Both the position numbers and the translations under genes were made by a program. From Candidatus Rariloculaceae bacterium (GTDB lineage: Bacteria > Pseudomonadota > Gammaproteobacteria > Steroidobacterales > Rariloculaceae): a stretch of 64,000 nucleotides of DNA. The stretch spans positions 934,124-998,123 of the forward strand of contig OZ242031.1 in the NCBI GenBank assembly GCA_965205045.1, read 5' to 3'. The notes below the pieces were generated by a model, which saw nothing but the letters and a program-made list of their open reading frames with translations, made no database searches and was not told where the DNA came from. Of this stretch, positions 50,405 through 59,178 are shown one piece after another (the stretch's first letter is position 1; the number at the start of each line of letters is the position of its first letter).

Positions 50405-53400
50405 CTACAGGTCGATTTCCAGTACGCCCTCCGGTTCCCTGGCGCGCGACTGGCAGAGAATCATCTCATGTCGGCGGTCAGCGTTGGACAGGACGAAATC
50501 CCGGTGCTCGACTTCGCCCGACAAGACCCGGCACTTGCACACGCCGCAGATGCCGTCGGAGCACTTGGTGTCCACGTGAATCGACGCTTCGGCGAGCGCC
50601 TCGGTGGCCGACTGAGCGGCGCGAACGAGCACGTCGCGTCCCGTGCGCGCAAGCCGCAGCGTGAAGTCGCGATTGACGTACTCGGGCAATTCGGGCGCCG
50701 AAAAGTACTCGCGATGCAGCGCATCCCCGGACCACCCCGACGATGCCGCCGTTTCAAGCACGCACTGCATGTAGCGGTCGGGCCCGCAAACATAAAGGTG
50801 CCATCCCTGCCGATACTCGCGGAGCAGGGACTCGGGGTCCGCCCGGGTGCCTTCGTCGGAAAAATGAAGATGCACGTTCCCCGCCCAGTCGAATCGTTCC
50901 AGGTCCTCAAGGAAGCCGGCGACATCGCGCGATGCGGCCGAGTAATGAAAATCGAAGTTCGACCCGATCCGATGAAGCCGATGCGCCATGGCGATCAGCG
51001 GCGTCACGCCGATCCCGCCGGCAAGCAGCAGTGTTCTCGCCGCGCTTTCCTCAAGCGGGAAATGATTGACCGGCCTGGACACAAAGACTTCCCGGCCTTC
51101 GTTGAAGATGCGGTGCAACAGGGCCGATCCGCCCCGCCCCCCGTCCTCACGCAGAACGCCGATCTGATACCTGGTTCGATCGTGCGGATCCCCGCACAAC
51201 GAAAATTGCCGCAGGTATTCCGGTGCGACCACCACGTCGAGGTGTGCGCCGGCGCGCCACTGCGGCAACGGGCTGCCCGCCGGATCCCTGAATTCGTACT
51301 TGGTAACCTCCGCGGACATTTTTTCCACCCTGGCGACAACGAGCCGCAAGACAGGCGGGTCCCCGGTGCCCGCTGCGTACTCGTGCGCCAGCCCGCCGGT
51401 TTCCCCCTTCGCAATGCGGTCCCTGTACTCTCGGGGACTGAGCATCGACCGATAGGCCTCGATTCCGGCTTCCCGGTCCGCCGGAAACGGAAAAGGCCAC
51501 GGATGCGGGGCCAGGGGCGCCGGGTATACCGCGAGCGTCTGGTCTTCGAACTTCAGGTCGAGGTCCGTCTGCAGTTCCCTGCGGTTGCTCTTCCCCGCCG
51601 CGACGAATCGGCCCCTGGCGTTTCGTTCCAGATCCCACCACCATTTCTTGACCGCATTGATGGCGCCGTGTCCCAACCTGTCGTCCAGCCTGGCAAGCGG
51701 TCTGGCCAGCATCGGTACGTTTGACGCCGCCCACCGAAACGGCTTCTCTGCGAACAGGCCCTCGAGATTCCAGGGACAGGTCTTCATGCAACGCCCGCAC
51801 ATCGATCCCCCCGCATTGGTCAGCCGGTAGTTGAGACATTTCTCGCTGTCCGACTTCCAGATTTCGTAGCCGTTGAACATCCTTTTCGGGCCCGCGGTGA
51901 TGGCGCCTGCCGGACACTCCCGGGCGCACTTGTTGCACTGCCCGCAGAAGGCCTGCAGCCCGAAATCGATCGGGTCGTCGTGATCGAACGGCATGTCGGT
52001 CGTGACCACACCCGTTTTCAACCGCGGGCCCAGCAGCGGGTGCAGGATGACTTCTCCGATCCGGCTCACCTCGCCCATACCCGAGATCAGCGACAGCGGC
52101 GCCTGCAGGACCTCCCCGTCCACGACAGTATGGACCCGGGCACTGTAGCCCAGCGACCGGATCCGGGCCGCGACCACGCCGCCCAGAATCGAGTTTCGAA
52201 GGTACGCCCGCATGGACTGGGCGCTGGACAACCAGTCGTCCCCGGAGCTGCCCTCCATCGAGTCGCGCCCCTGATCGATCATCGTCGTGATGGCATTCTT
52301 GTGATACGGAACGATCGGCTCGCCGCGCGAATCGTGACTGTAGTAGACCCAGTCGGGGCACCGGCTCAGGCCGACGGCGTCCACGCCCAGAAAATGCAGC
52401 GCCGCTTTCAGATTGTGGGCGTTTCCTGTCGGGTCCCTGGCGCTGTCGTCGATCTCGGGCGCCACATCGCCGTCCTGCAGCAGGATGCAGGCGCCGAGCG
52501 CCTGGCGCGGCGCCCATCCGAGCGCGCTCTTGGCCATCATCTTCCCGCCGATGGATTCCTTCTGGATCCTGGGGCCGAAGTCGCCGAACTGCGCGCGGGG
52601 AAACATGTCGGTACGTTTCGGGACGCGCGGAATGCGCGCCTCGTCGATAAGGGTCGTCGGGTGTTTGACCCGCTTGATCTTTTCGAACGGCAATTCCCCG
52701 TCAACGAAACGCCGTTTCGCATAGGGCCGAGCCGTACCCCGTCGCTTTACCGTCCCGAATCCCATTCTCCACCGAAGGCCGGCGGCAGCGGCGCCGGGCG
52801 CCAGCGGGCGATCGGGCGCCAGCGCCATCGTTGTCGTGATCGCGGCCATTCCGAAATGACGGCCGACGAACGGATTCTCGATACGCGTGCCGGCGTCGTC
52901 CTCCACCACGGTCGTCAGCCCCGACGCAACCGCGAGCACATTCAGGTTCACATCCGTTGTGGTTGCCGTGTGCGCGAGCGCCGGGTAGCCCAACAACCGG
53001 AAATAGTTGGCCAGCACCGCGGCAGTTTCGGCCGCGCGTAGCGCCGCGCGCTGCGCGTTCGTCCCGGCGATCCATTCGCCGCCCGGCTCCGCTTTCGATG
53101 GGTCCCTCGGGTATTCATAAAGGAATACCACGGCGTGGGTATGGCGCTCTATCCCCGCGGACGGCCGGGCGACGGCTTCCCTGAGTTCCGCCATGATGGC
53201 GTCGATGCCGGATGCGAGCGTCTTGACCTGACGCACCGCGAGTTCCGCGGCCAGCGCATCGATGTCCGCGTTCCTGACGGGTCGTTCCAGCCGCGACTCA
53301 ACCGGCACCTCGCACGTCGCGACCATGCCGGCGTCGTAGAAATAGCCCGCCCCCCTGACATGCCGCGACCGCTCGGCGGGGTCCCCGGGAATCTCCGCGC

Positions 53401-53614
53401 GATGCTCATTGGGAACGCCGTCGCGAATCGTGTCGAGCATCGCGATGTAGGGCGCCATGGAGCCGGACAAATTGCCGCCGCCGGAAGCGCCGCCGAATTC
53501 GACAGGGGTAAAAGGGGGGACTCCTGACAGATCGACACGATCGGTGCGCGGTAACCGCTCATCCGGGAACGGCCCCAGATGGGCCGGCCGCTTCCCGGTC
53601 GAGAAAAAACGCAT
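50405..53614 (-). CDS. Catabolic reductive dehalogenase fused to an FNR-like reductase and 2Fe-2S domain
   Basis: GMGEVSRIGEVILHPLLGPRLK, CGQCNKCARECP and CGRCMKTCP (two 4Fe-4S), RQFSLC, AGGIGVTP, CSDGICGVC. Confidence 0.9.
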   Translation of the reverse strand: MRFFSTGKRPAHLGPFPDERLPRTDRVDLSGVPPFTPVEFGGASGGGNLSGSMAPYIAMLDTIRDGVPNEHRAEIPGDPAERSRHVRGAGYFYDAGMVATCEVPVESRLERPVRNADIDALAAELAVRQVKTLASGIDAIMAELREAVARPSAGIERHTHAVVFLYEYPRDPSKAEPGGEWIAGTNAQRAALRAAETAAVLANYFRLLGYPALAHTATTTDVNLNVLAVASGLTTVVEDDAGTRIENPFVGRHFGMAAITTTMALAPDRPLAPGAAAAGLRWRMGFGTVKRRGTARPYAKRRFVDGELPFEKIKRVKHPTTLIDEARIPRVPKRTDMFPRAQFGDFGPRIQKESIGGKMMAKSALGWAPRQALGACILLQDGDVAPEIDDSARDPTGNAHNLKAALHFLGVDAVGLSRCPDWVYYSHDSRGEPIVPYHKNAITTMIDQGRDSMEGSSGDDWLSSAQSMRAYLRNSILGGVVAARIRSLGYSARVHTVVDGEVLQAPLSLISGMGEVSRIGEVILHPLLGPRLKTGVVTTDMPFDHDDPIDFGLQAFCGQCNKCARECPAGAITAGPKRMFNGYEIWKSDSEKCLNYRLTNAGGSMCGRCMKTCPWNLEGLFAEKPFRWAASNVPMLARPLARLDDRLGHGAINAVKKWWWDLERNARGRFVAAGKSNRRELQTDLDLKFEDQTLAVYPAPLAPHPWPFPFPADREAGIEAYRSMLSPREYRDRIAKGETGGLAHEYAAGTGDPPVLRLVVARVEKMSAEVTKYEFRDPAGSPLPQWRAGAHLDVVVAPEYLRQFSLCGDPHDRTRYQIGVLREDGGRGGSALLHRIFNEGREVFVSRPVNHFPLEESAARTLLLAGGIGVTPLIAMAHRLHRIGSNFDFHYSAASRDVAGFLEDLERFDWAGNVHLHFSDEGTRADPESLLREYRQGWHLYVCGPDRYMQCVLETAASSGWSGDALHREYFSAPELPEYVNRDFTLRLARTGRDVLVRAAQSATEALAEASIHVDTKCSDGICGVCKCRVLSGEVEHRDFVLSNADRRHEMILCQSRAREPEGVLEIDL

Positions 53615-53617
53615 TCG

Positions 53618-54302
53618 TCAGTCGTCCAGTACGGGCGCGCCGTCACGAAGGTAAGGCGGCCAGGACGACGTGCCGCGGCTGGACTCGGGCACATCCTCAA
53701 TCAACAATTCGCTCATTTCCTCCAGCTCGCCGTTGTCCCTGGCCAGGCGGTACCGGCGGCGTAAGGCCGGCGACGCGGATCGATCCGGATCTTCCGAACG
53801 ACAGGGCTTCGCGCCACGCCTCGTCCCAGGTCAGCCGATCCGTCACCTCGCGCTCGACCGTGTCCACGGCGTGGCGAAGCTGCAGGAGTTTCTCCACCGA
53901 GTGCAGACCGGTGGCCTGAATGCCCGAATAGCCGCTGTAGAAGAGCTTTTGAATCTGCAGCGCCATTCGCCGCATCACGCGGGCGCTGGCCTCCTCGGCG
54001 CTGAGCGAGGCGCTCTCGTACTCCAGCAACTCGGCCAGATCGTCCGAAATGTACACCCCCGCCAACTTGTGCCTGCGGATGTACCGGGCCCGGGCCGCGT
54101 TCAATGCGATCAGATTCGCCACCACCGGCACGCGACAGCGATTGGCGTGCATCCAGAACAGCGCTTCCTCGTGTTTGGTGGGGTCGAAACCGATCTGGGT
54201 GATGACGAAATCGGCGCCGACCGAAACGGGGTCCGGATCGTCGTCGCCCGTGACACGGTCCGTGATGGAAAATCCCGCGATTTCCGGCCGGGCGCGAAGT
54301 GG
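53618..54302 (-). pseudogene. Internally deleted, frameshifted methylenetetrahydrofolate reductase-like gene
   Basis: ITDRVTGDDDP fused directly to GADFVITQIGFD; the C-terminal RGTSSW tail is in another frame; no start codon ahead of the N-terminal motif. Confidence 0.6.
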
Positions 54303-54953
54303 TCAGGCCGATTTCAACATCGGTGCGGATGCGCCCTTGGGCTGCTCGGTAGGGACATCCCAGTCGCCCGGCATGCGGCTGAAGTCGAAGAACGGCTCGG
54401 TGTCGCCGGCATCGATGGCTTCCTGAACCTGGCGGTAGAACTCCCCGCCGGCACGGTTGGAGAATGTGATCTCAACCCGCCGCGCCTCGCTCGCGTCTCG
54501 CGGCCGCTGGCAGTACTCGGGGAACGTGGATTCCCCTGCGTGCCCCGAGGCGTAGCCCTTGGCGAACATCTGCTTGAGGATGCCGAAACCGTCGTCCTGC
54601 ACCAAAACGCCGCCGCGGGGGTGCCCGCCCATGGACTTCATGTGATCGATGAATGCGTCCAGATCGTGGCAGTCATAGGCGACATGCTGGCATGCGTGAT
54701 CGCCGTGTCTTTCGACAAAGGACGTCACCTGCGATTTCTGCGCCCGATCGATCCCTTCGATCAGCGCGATGCCGAAGTCGCCGTAGTCGATGCACCAGAT
54801 CTTCATGCTGCTGTTGGGGTCGCCGGGCCGGGCATCGTCGATGCGCTTGATCAGGGTGCCGCCCTCCACTTCGATGTGGAACCAGGCCCAGCGCTCGATC
54901 GCGCCGGATTCCACCGCATAGGTGACGTGGTCTATCTTCTTGAGGTGCGACAT
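54303..54953 (-). CDS. VOC-family protein resembling the C-terminal domain of 4-hydroxyphenylpyruvate dioxygenase
   Basis: IDHVTYAV, SQVTSFVERHG..CQHVA, LKQMFAK, FPEYCQR; AGGAG RBS. Confidence 0.75.
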   Translation of the reverse strand: MSHLKKIDHVTYAVESGAIERWAWFHIEVEGGTLIKRIDDARPGDPNSSMKIWCIDYGDFGIALIEGIDRAQKSQVTSFVERHGDHACQHVAYDCHDLDAFIDHMKSMGGHPRGGVLVQDDGFGILKQMFAKGYASGHAGESTFPEYCQRPRDASEARRVEITFSNRAGGEFYRQVQEAIDAGDTEPFFDFSRMPGDWDVPTEQPKGASAPMLKSA

Positions 54954-55222
54954 GGCGGTGTCTCCTGCTCAGTATGTTTCGATGGTTACAGGATAGGGTA
55001 TCTGGCGCGCAGAGTGGGCTCGATTATGAGCACGAACTGACTATAGTTCGCAGTAATATAACCATTTACGTAATTGATTCGCAGGAAATCAGCGCAATAG
55101 CCAATCCTGACGCTTAAACCCCTTCAGACTTCCAGCTCGATGATTGTCTTGATTTGTCGGAATATTTGTAGCCAGATTTTGGGTGTTGGACGCTGAGTAA
55201 TTGCAATTGCGCGTCAAAGTTC

Positions 55223-55253
55223 GCCCGCCATCCATGGCGGACTCACATCGGCG
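55223..55253. repeat. Partial copy of the 16798-16941 element downstream of ppk2
   Basis: GCCCGCCATCCATGGCGG...ATCGGCG matches 16837-16867. Confidence 0.7.
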
Positions 55254-55267
55254 CTACTTCGCAGAGG

Positions 55268-56281
55268 TCAGGTGTGGCGGCGGTCGGGGTGGGTGGTCTT
55301 GTCGATGAGGTGATCGTCCTTGGCGATCACGTCGCCGCTTGAGCCGACCATCAGGGGATCGGGCTTGCCTACGCGCGCCTTGTCCTTGGCCGGGTAGGGA
55401 AGCTGCGAGAGGAAGTGCCGCATGGCGTTCAGGCGGGCGCGCTTCTTGTCGTCCGACTTGACGATCGTCCAGGGTGCGTCGGCGGTGTCCGTGTAGAAGA
55501 ACATCGCCTCCTTGGCGTCCGTGTATTCATCCCATTTCCTAAGGGACTGCCTGTCGATCGGGGAAATTTTCCACTTCTTCAAGGCCTCGGTCTCGCGCGA
55601 CTCGAAGCGCCTGATCTGCTCTTTGCTGGTTACGGAGAACCAGTACTTGAAGAGGATAATGCCGCTGCGCACCAGCATCCTTTCGAATTCGGGAGCCTGG
55701 CGCATGAATTCAAGATATTCGTTGGGCGTGCAGAACCCCATCACCCGTTCGACGCCGGCGCGGTTGTACCAGGAGCGATCGAAGAATACGATTTCGCCGG
55801 CTGACGGCAGATGCTGAACGTAGCGCTGGAAGTACCACTGGGAGCGTTCCCGTTCCGTGGGCTTGTCCAGCGCCACGACCCTCGCGCCGCGGGGGTTCAG
55901 GTGCTCGGTAAAGCGCTTGATGGTCCCTCCCTTGCCCGCCGCGTCCCGGCCCTCGAAGAGAATGACGATCCTGCGACCGTTGGCCTTCACCCATTCCTGA
56001 ACCTTGAGCAGTTCGATCTGCAGTTCCTTTTTCTGCCGCTGATAGAACTTGCGGCTGATCTTCTGCTTGTAGGGATATTCTCCGGTTTCGAAAAACCGGC
56101 GGATCGAGGCACGGTCCCGGCGGATATCCGCAAGACGTCTCGCGGCGCCCGCCACCGACTCGTCGGCGGCTTCGACCTCAGCGGCTTCCTGCGGCGCACC
56201 CTTGCCGGCTTCCGCGGCGTCCTTCGCGTCCGCGATTTCGAGCGGTTCCCCGGTCCCGACGGCATCGGATTTGAGGGCCAT
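55268..56281 (-). CDS. ppk2: Polyphosphate kinase 2
   Basis: FEGRDAAGKGGTIKRF, FDRSWYNRAGVERVMGF, SDDKKRARLN. Confidence 0.95.
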   Translation of the reverse strand: MALKSDAVGTGEPLEIADAKDAAEAGKGAPQEAAEVEAADESVAGAARRLADIRRDRASIRRFFETGEYPYKQKISRKFYQRQKKELQIELLKVQEWVKANGRRIVILFEGRDAAGKGGTIKRFTEHLNPRGARVVALDKPTERERSQWYFQRYVQHLPSAGEIVFFDRSWYNRAGVERVMGFCTPNEYLEFMRQAPEFERMLVRSGIILFKYWFSVTSKEQIRRFESRETEALKKWKISPIDRQSLRKWDEYTDAKEAMFFYTDTADAPWTIVKSDDKKRARLNAMRHFLSQLPYPAKDKARVGKPDPLMVGSSGDVIAKDDHLIDKTTHPDRRHT

Positions 56282-56492
56282 GTCAGTTTGTCTCGCAGAA
56301 TTCGGACAGAAGATGATATCCCATCGCGTGCCCCTCCGACACTGGGCCCCAGGAACCCCCGGCGCGGCCGATCCCCTCCTTTCAGGCCTGACCCATCAAT
56401 GGGATCGCCCGCCCCCCCGGCTCTACATGGTGTAGGATTCGCCCGTCCGGCCGGTCGGCCGGGGAACGCATTGGCAACCTTCAAACGCAGAA

Positions 56493-57227
56493 ATGAACAA
56501 TCAGGCCGCAACCGCGTGCGTACTCATCATCGGCAACGAAATTCTGTCCGGCAAGACCCGGGACGCAAACCTTCAGTTCCTGGGCACTGAGTTGGCGGAC
56601 AAGGGCATCACGCTGGTGGAAGCCCGCGTGCTGCGGGATGACAAGGCCGCCATCGTGGCCGCGGTGAACGAGTGCCGGGCCGCGTACACATATGTATTTA
56701 CAACAGGAGGCATCGGACCGACCCACGACGACATCACCGCCGAGTGCATCGCCGCCGCGTTCGGCCGCGACCTGGTAATTCACGAGGAGGCCGTGGAACG
56801 CCTCCGCAGGCGCGGACTCGAACTCAACGCCGCACGCCTCAAGATGGCGCACGTCCCCGCAGGAGCCGGCCTCATCGACAACCCCCTGAGCGGAGCACCC
56901 GGTTTCCGTATCGACAACGTTTTCGTCATGGCCGGCATTCCCGCCGTCGCCCGCGGCATGTTCTCCACCCTGGACGAGCAGCTATCCGGCGGAGCACCCA
57001 TCCATTCCCGCAACGTCGACGTCTATCTCCCGGAAGGCGAACTCGCCGCGCCCCTGGAGACCATCGTGCACAAGTATCCCCAGGTAGAAATCGGCAGCTA
57101 TCCCTTCTTCCGCGAACGCCGCTTCGGCGCCAACCTGGTCGTCCGCGGCACCGACGCGGACCTGGTCGACAGCGTCCTCCAGGAGATCATCACCACCATG
57201 ACCCACCTCGGCGCCGAAACCCACTGA
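56493..57227 (+). CDS. CinA-like molybdopterin-binding domain protein
   Basis: IIGNEILSGKTRDAN, TTGGIGPTHDDIT, IGSYP. Confidence 0.9.
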   Translation: MNNQAATACVLIIGNEILSGKTRDANLQFLGTELADKGITLVEARVLRDDKAAIVAAVNECRAAYTYVFTTGGIGPTHDDITAECIAAAFGRDLVIHEEAVERLRRRGLELNAARLKMAHVPAGAGLIDNPLSGAPGFRIDNVFVMAGIPAVARGMFSTLDEQLSGGAPIHSRNVDVYLPEGELAAPLETIVHKYPQVEIGSYPFFRERRFGANLVVRGTDADLVDSVLQEIITTMTHLGAETH

Positions 57228-57380
57228 CCTGCCGGAGCAGCATCAAGGCTTGCGCCTGGAATCGCCCCCTGAGCACCGCCTGTGGGCGTACATTTCCTGA
57301 CGTCATAGCGCCGGGCGTGTGCGTTCATCCCTCGCGCGCGTCGTGCGCTCGGCCGCACCTGCGCTCAGACAAACCCCCGC

Positions 57381-59120
57381 TCAGGCAGTAAGGAACGACA
57401 CCGCCGTCCAGCAGACAGCCGCCATCACCGCCGCCATCGATGCCTGCGGGATCTGCGTCTTGACATGATCCATCAGGTCGCAGCCCGTGCATACGGAACT
57501 GAGCACCGTGGTATCGGAGATCGGTGAGCACTGGTCGCCGTAGACGCTGCCGTCCATCACCGCCGCAAAGCACAGCGTCATGTACAGTTCCGGATGGGAC
57601 AGGCCCTGCGAGTTCGCAACCGCCCATGCCAGCGGCATCGCCAGCGGGAACGCCACCGCGTAGGTGCCCCAGCTTGTGCCCGTCGAAAAGGCGATCACCA
57701 CCGTGATGATCTGCAGGATTACCGGCAGCAGGAAGAACGGGATGCTGTTGCCGAGTTGGTCCACCAGGTAGATGCCGCCGCCCGTTTGCTGGCTGAGGCC
57801 GCCGATCGTGATCGCGAGCAGAAGAATGACGGAGCCGAGTACGACACCCTTGATGCCGTCATGGAAGCCCGCGAGCAGGTCCTTGAGGGACATCCCCTTG
57901 GCCAGCGCCATGCCCGCTGCCAGGGCCAATGCCGCGCCGAATGCCCAGTGTACGTTGGGCGAGCCGTAGACCACGAAGGTCAGCACCGCCAGCCCGATCA
58001 GCGTGCCCAGCGGCAGGAAGAACTCGATTACGTGGGGCTTGTAGCCCTCGGGGACGTTGCTGCCCTGCAATTCCCTCGAGCTGAGCGGATCGGCCCCGGG
58101 GGCGTCGAGCCGGCCGGTGGTGCGGGACCGGTCGATGGCTTCGCGCAACTGACTGCCCAGGAAGAGCGGCTTCTCGATACTGAGCAGAAACGTGCCCAGC
58201 ACCGCGAAGATTGCGTAGAAGCAGAACGGCACGCTCTGGAAGAAAAACGCGATGCGGTCCGCCTCAGTGGCCAGAAAGCCGACACCGGAGACGAAGATGA
58301 ACGCCTGCACGTAACCCGGCCAGGCGTTGAACGCCAGTTGCGAGGCGATGGGCGAGGCGGTGGAATCCACGATATAGGCCAGTTCCTCATGGCTGACCTT
58401 TTCCCTGTCGGCGATGGGCTTGACGGTCGTGCCCACCAGCACGGTGCTGACCGTTCCGCCCTGGAAGAAGACGATGCCCAGCATCCAGGCGACCAGCTTG
58501 GCGGTTCTGGGGCCCCTGACGAAGCGTGCCGTGACGAATTCCGCGAAGGCCTGGGCCGCGCCGGTACGCGACCAGATGCCCATGAGCCCCCCCAACAGCC
58601 ACAGATACAACAGCAGTATGCCGGCGGCGCTCGTGGTTGCGAGAGACGGAATCAGCACTTCGCCGGAGAGGTCGTAGCGGCCGAGAATCAGTGCGCCGGA
58701 GAGGATCCCGCTCAGCAGGGCTGTGACCGGCTCCCTGGTAATCCAGCAGAGCACGACCGCGACCAGGGCGGGCAGCAGCGACCAGAATCCCCAGTGGAAC
58801 CGGGCCGTGCGCTGGTAGTAGACGTCCTGCACCTGCCCATCGCGAACCTCCGTGGCAAGAACGAATTCCTCCTGAACCGGCGGCGCGGTGGTGGTGCCGG
58901 TGACCGCGTTCGGATCAAGCTGGGACGAATCGGCCGGAACCGCCTCGAAAAAGGTCGGATCGCCTCCGGAAACGAAATAGAATGCACCGTCAGCGTCGGC
59001 CTGGACGTCCAGCGTGATCTGTTCGACGGTCCAGGTGGGCGCGATATTGGTACCGACCATCCAGGACACGATCATGGCGACAGCAAAGATGCCGAATTTG
59101 ACGATACCGGGACGCTTCAT
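57381..59120 (-). CDS. NhaC-family Na+/H+ antiporter-like transporter
   Basis: SHEELAYIVDSTASP, AFSTGTSWGT, GDQCSPISDTTVLSS, HVKTQ. Confidence 0.88.
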   Translation of the reverse strand: MKRPGIVKFGIFAVAMIVSWMVGTNIAPTWTVEQITLDVQADADGAFYFVSGGDPTFFEAVPADSSQLDPNAVTGTTTAPPVQEEFVLATEVRDGQVQDVYYQRTARFHWGFWSLLPALVAVVLCWITREPVTALLSGILSGALILGRYDLSGEVLIPSLATTSAAGILLLYLWLLGGLMGIWSRTGAAQAFAEFVTARFVRGPRTAKLVAWMLGIVFFQGGTVSTVLVGTTVKPIADREKVSHEELAYIVDSTASPIASQLAFNAWPGYVQAFIFVSGVGFLATEADRIAFFFQSVPFCFYAIFAVLGTFLLSIEKPLFLGSQLREAIDRSRTTGRLDAPGADPLSSRELQGSNVPEGYKPHVIEFFLPLGTLIGLAVLTFVVYGSPNVHWAFGAALALAAGMALAKGMSLKDLLAGFHDGIKGVVLGSVILLLAITIGGLSQQTGGGIYLVDQLGNSIPFFLLPVILQIITVVIAFSTGTSWGTYAVAFPLAMPLAWAVANSQGLSHPELYMTLCFAAVMDGSVYGDQCSPISDTTVLSSVCTGCDLMDHVKTQIPQASMAAVMAAVCWTAVSFLTA

Positions 59121-59178
59121 TTTTGGCCTCTTGGGTTTTTCTTTGGTTCGGCGACGCCCAAAACGGACGGAAGGAAGA

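Noticed and set aside
54270-54305. Selenocysteine or readthrough at the VOC TGA into the in-frame MTHFR fragment
   Set aside because: A weak hairpin follows the TGA, but the position is not an evident catalytic Cys site and the downstream gene is deleted and frameshifted; the shared frame can be chance.
55140-55225. Second IS end marking the right border of the catabolic island
   Set aside because: Only a short loose match (GCGCGT.AAGTT) to the 39551 scar; too weak.
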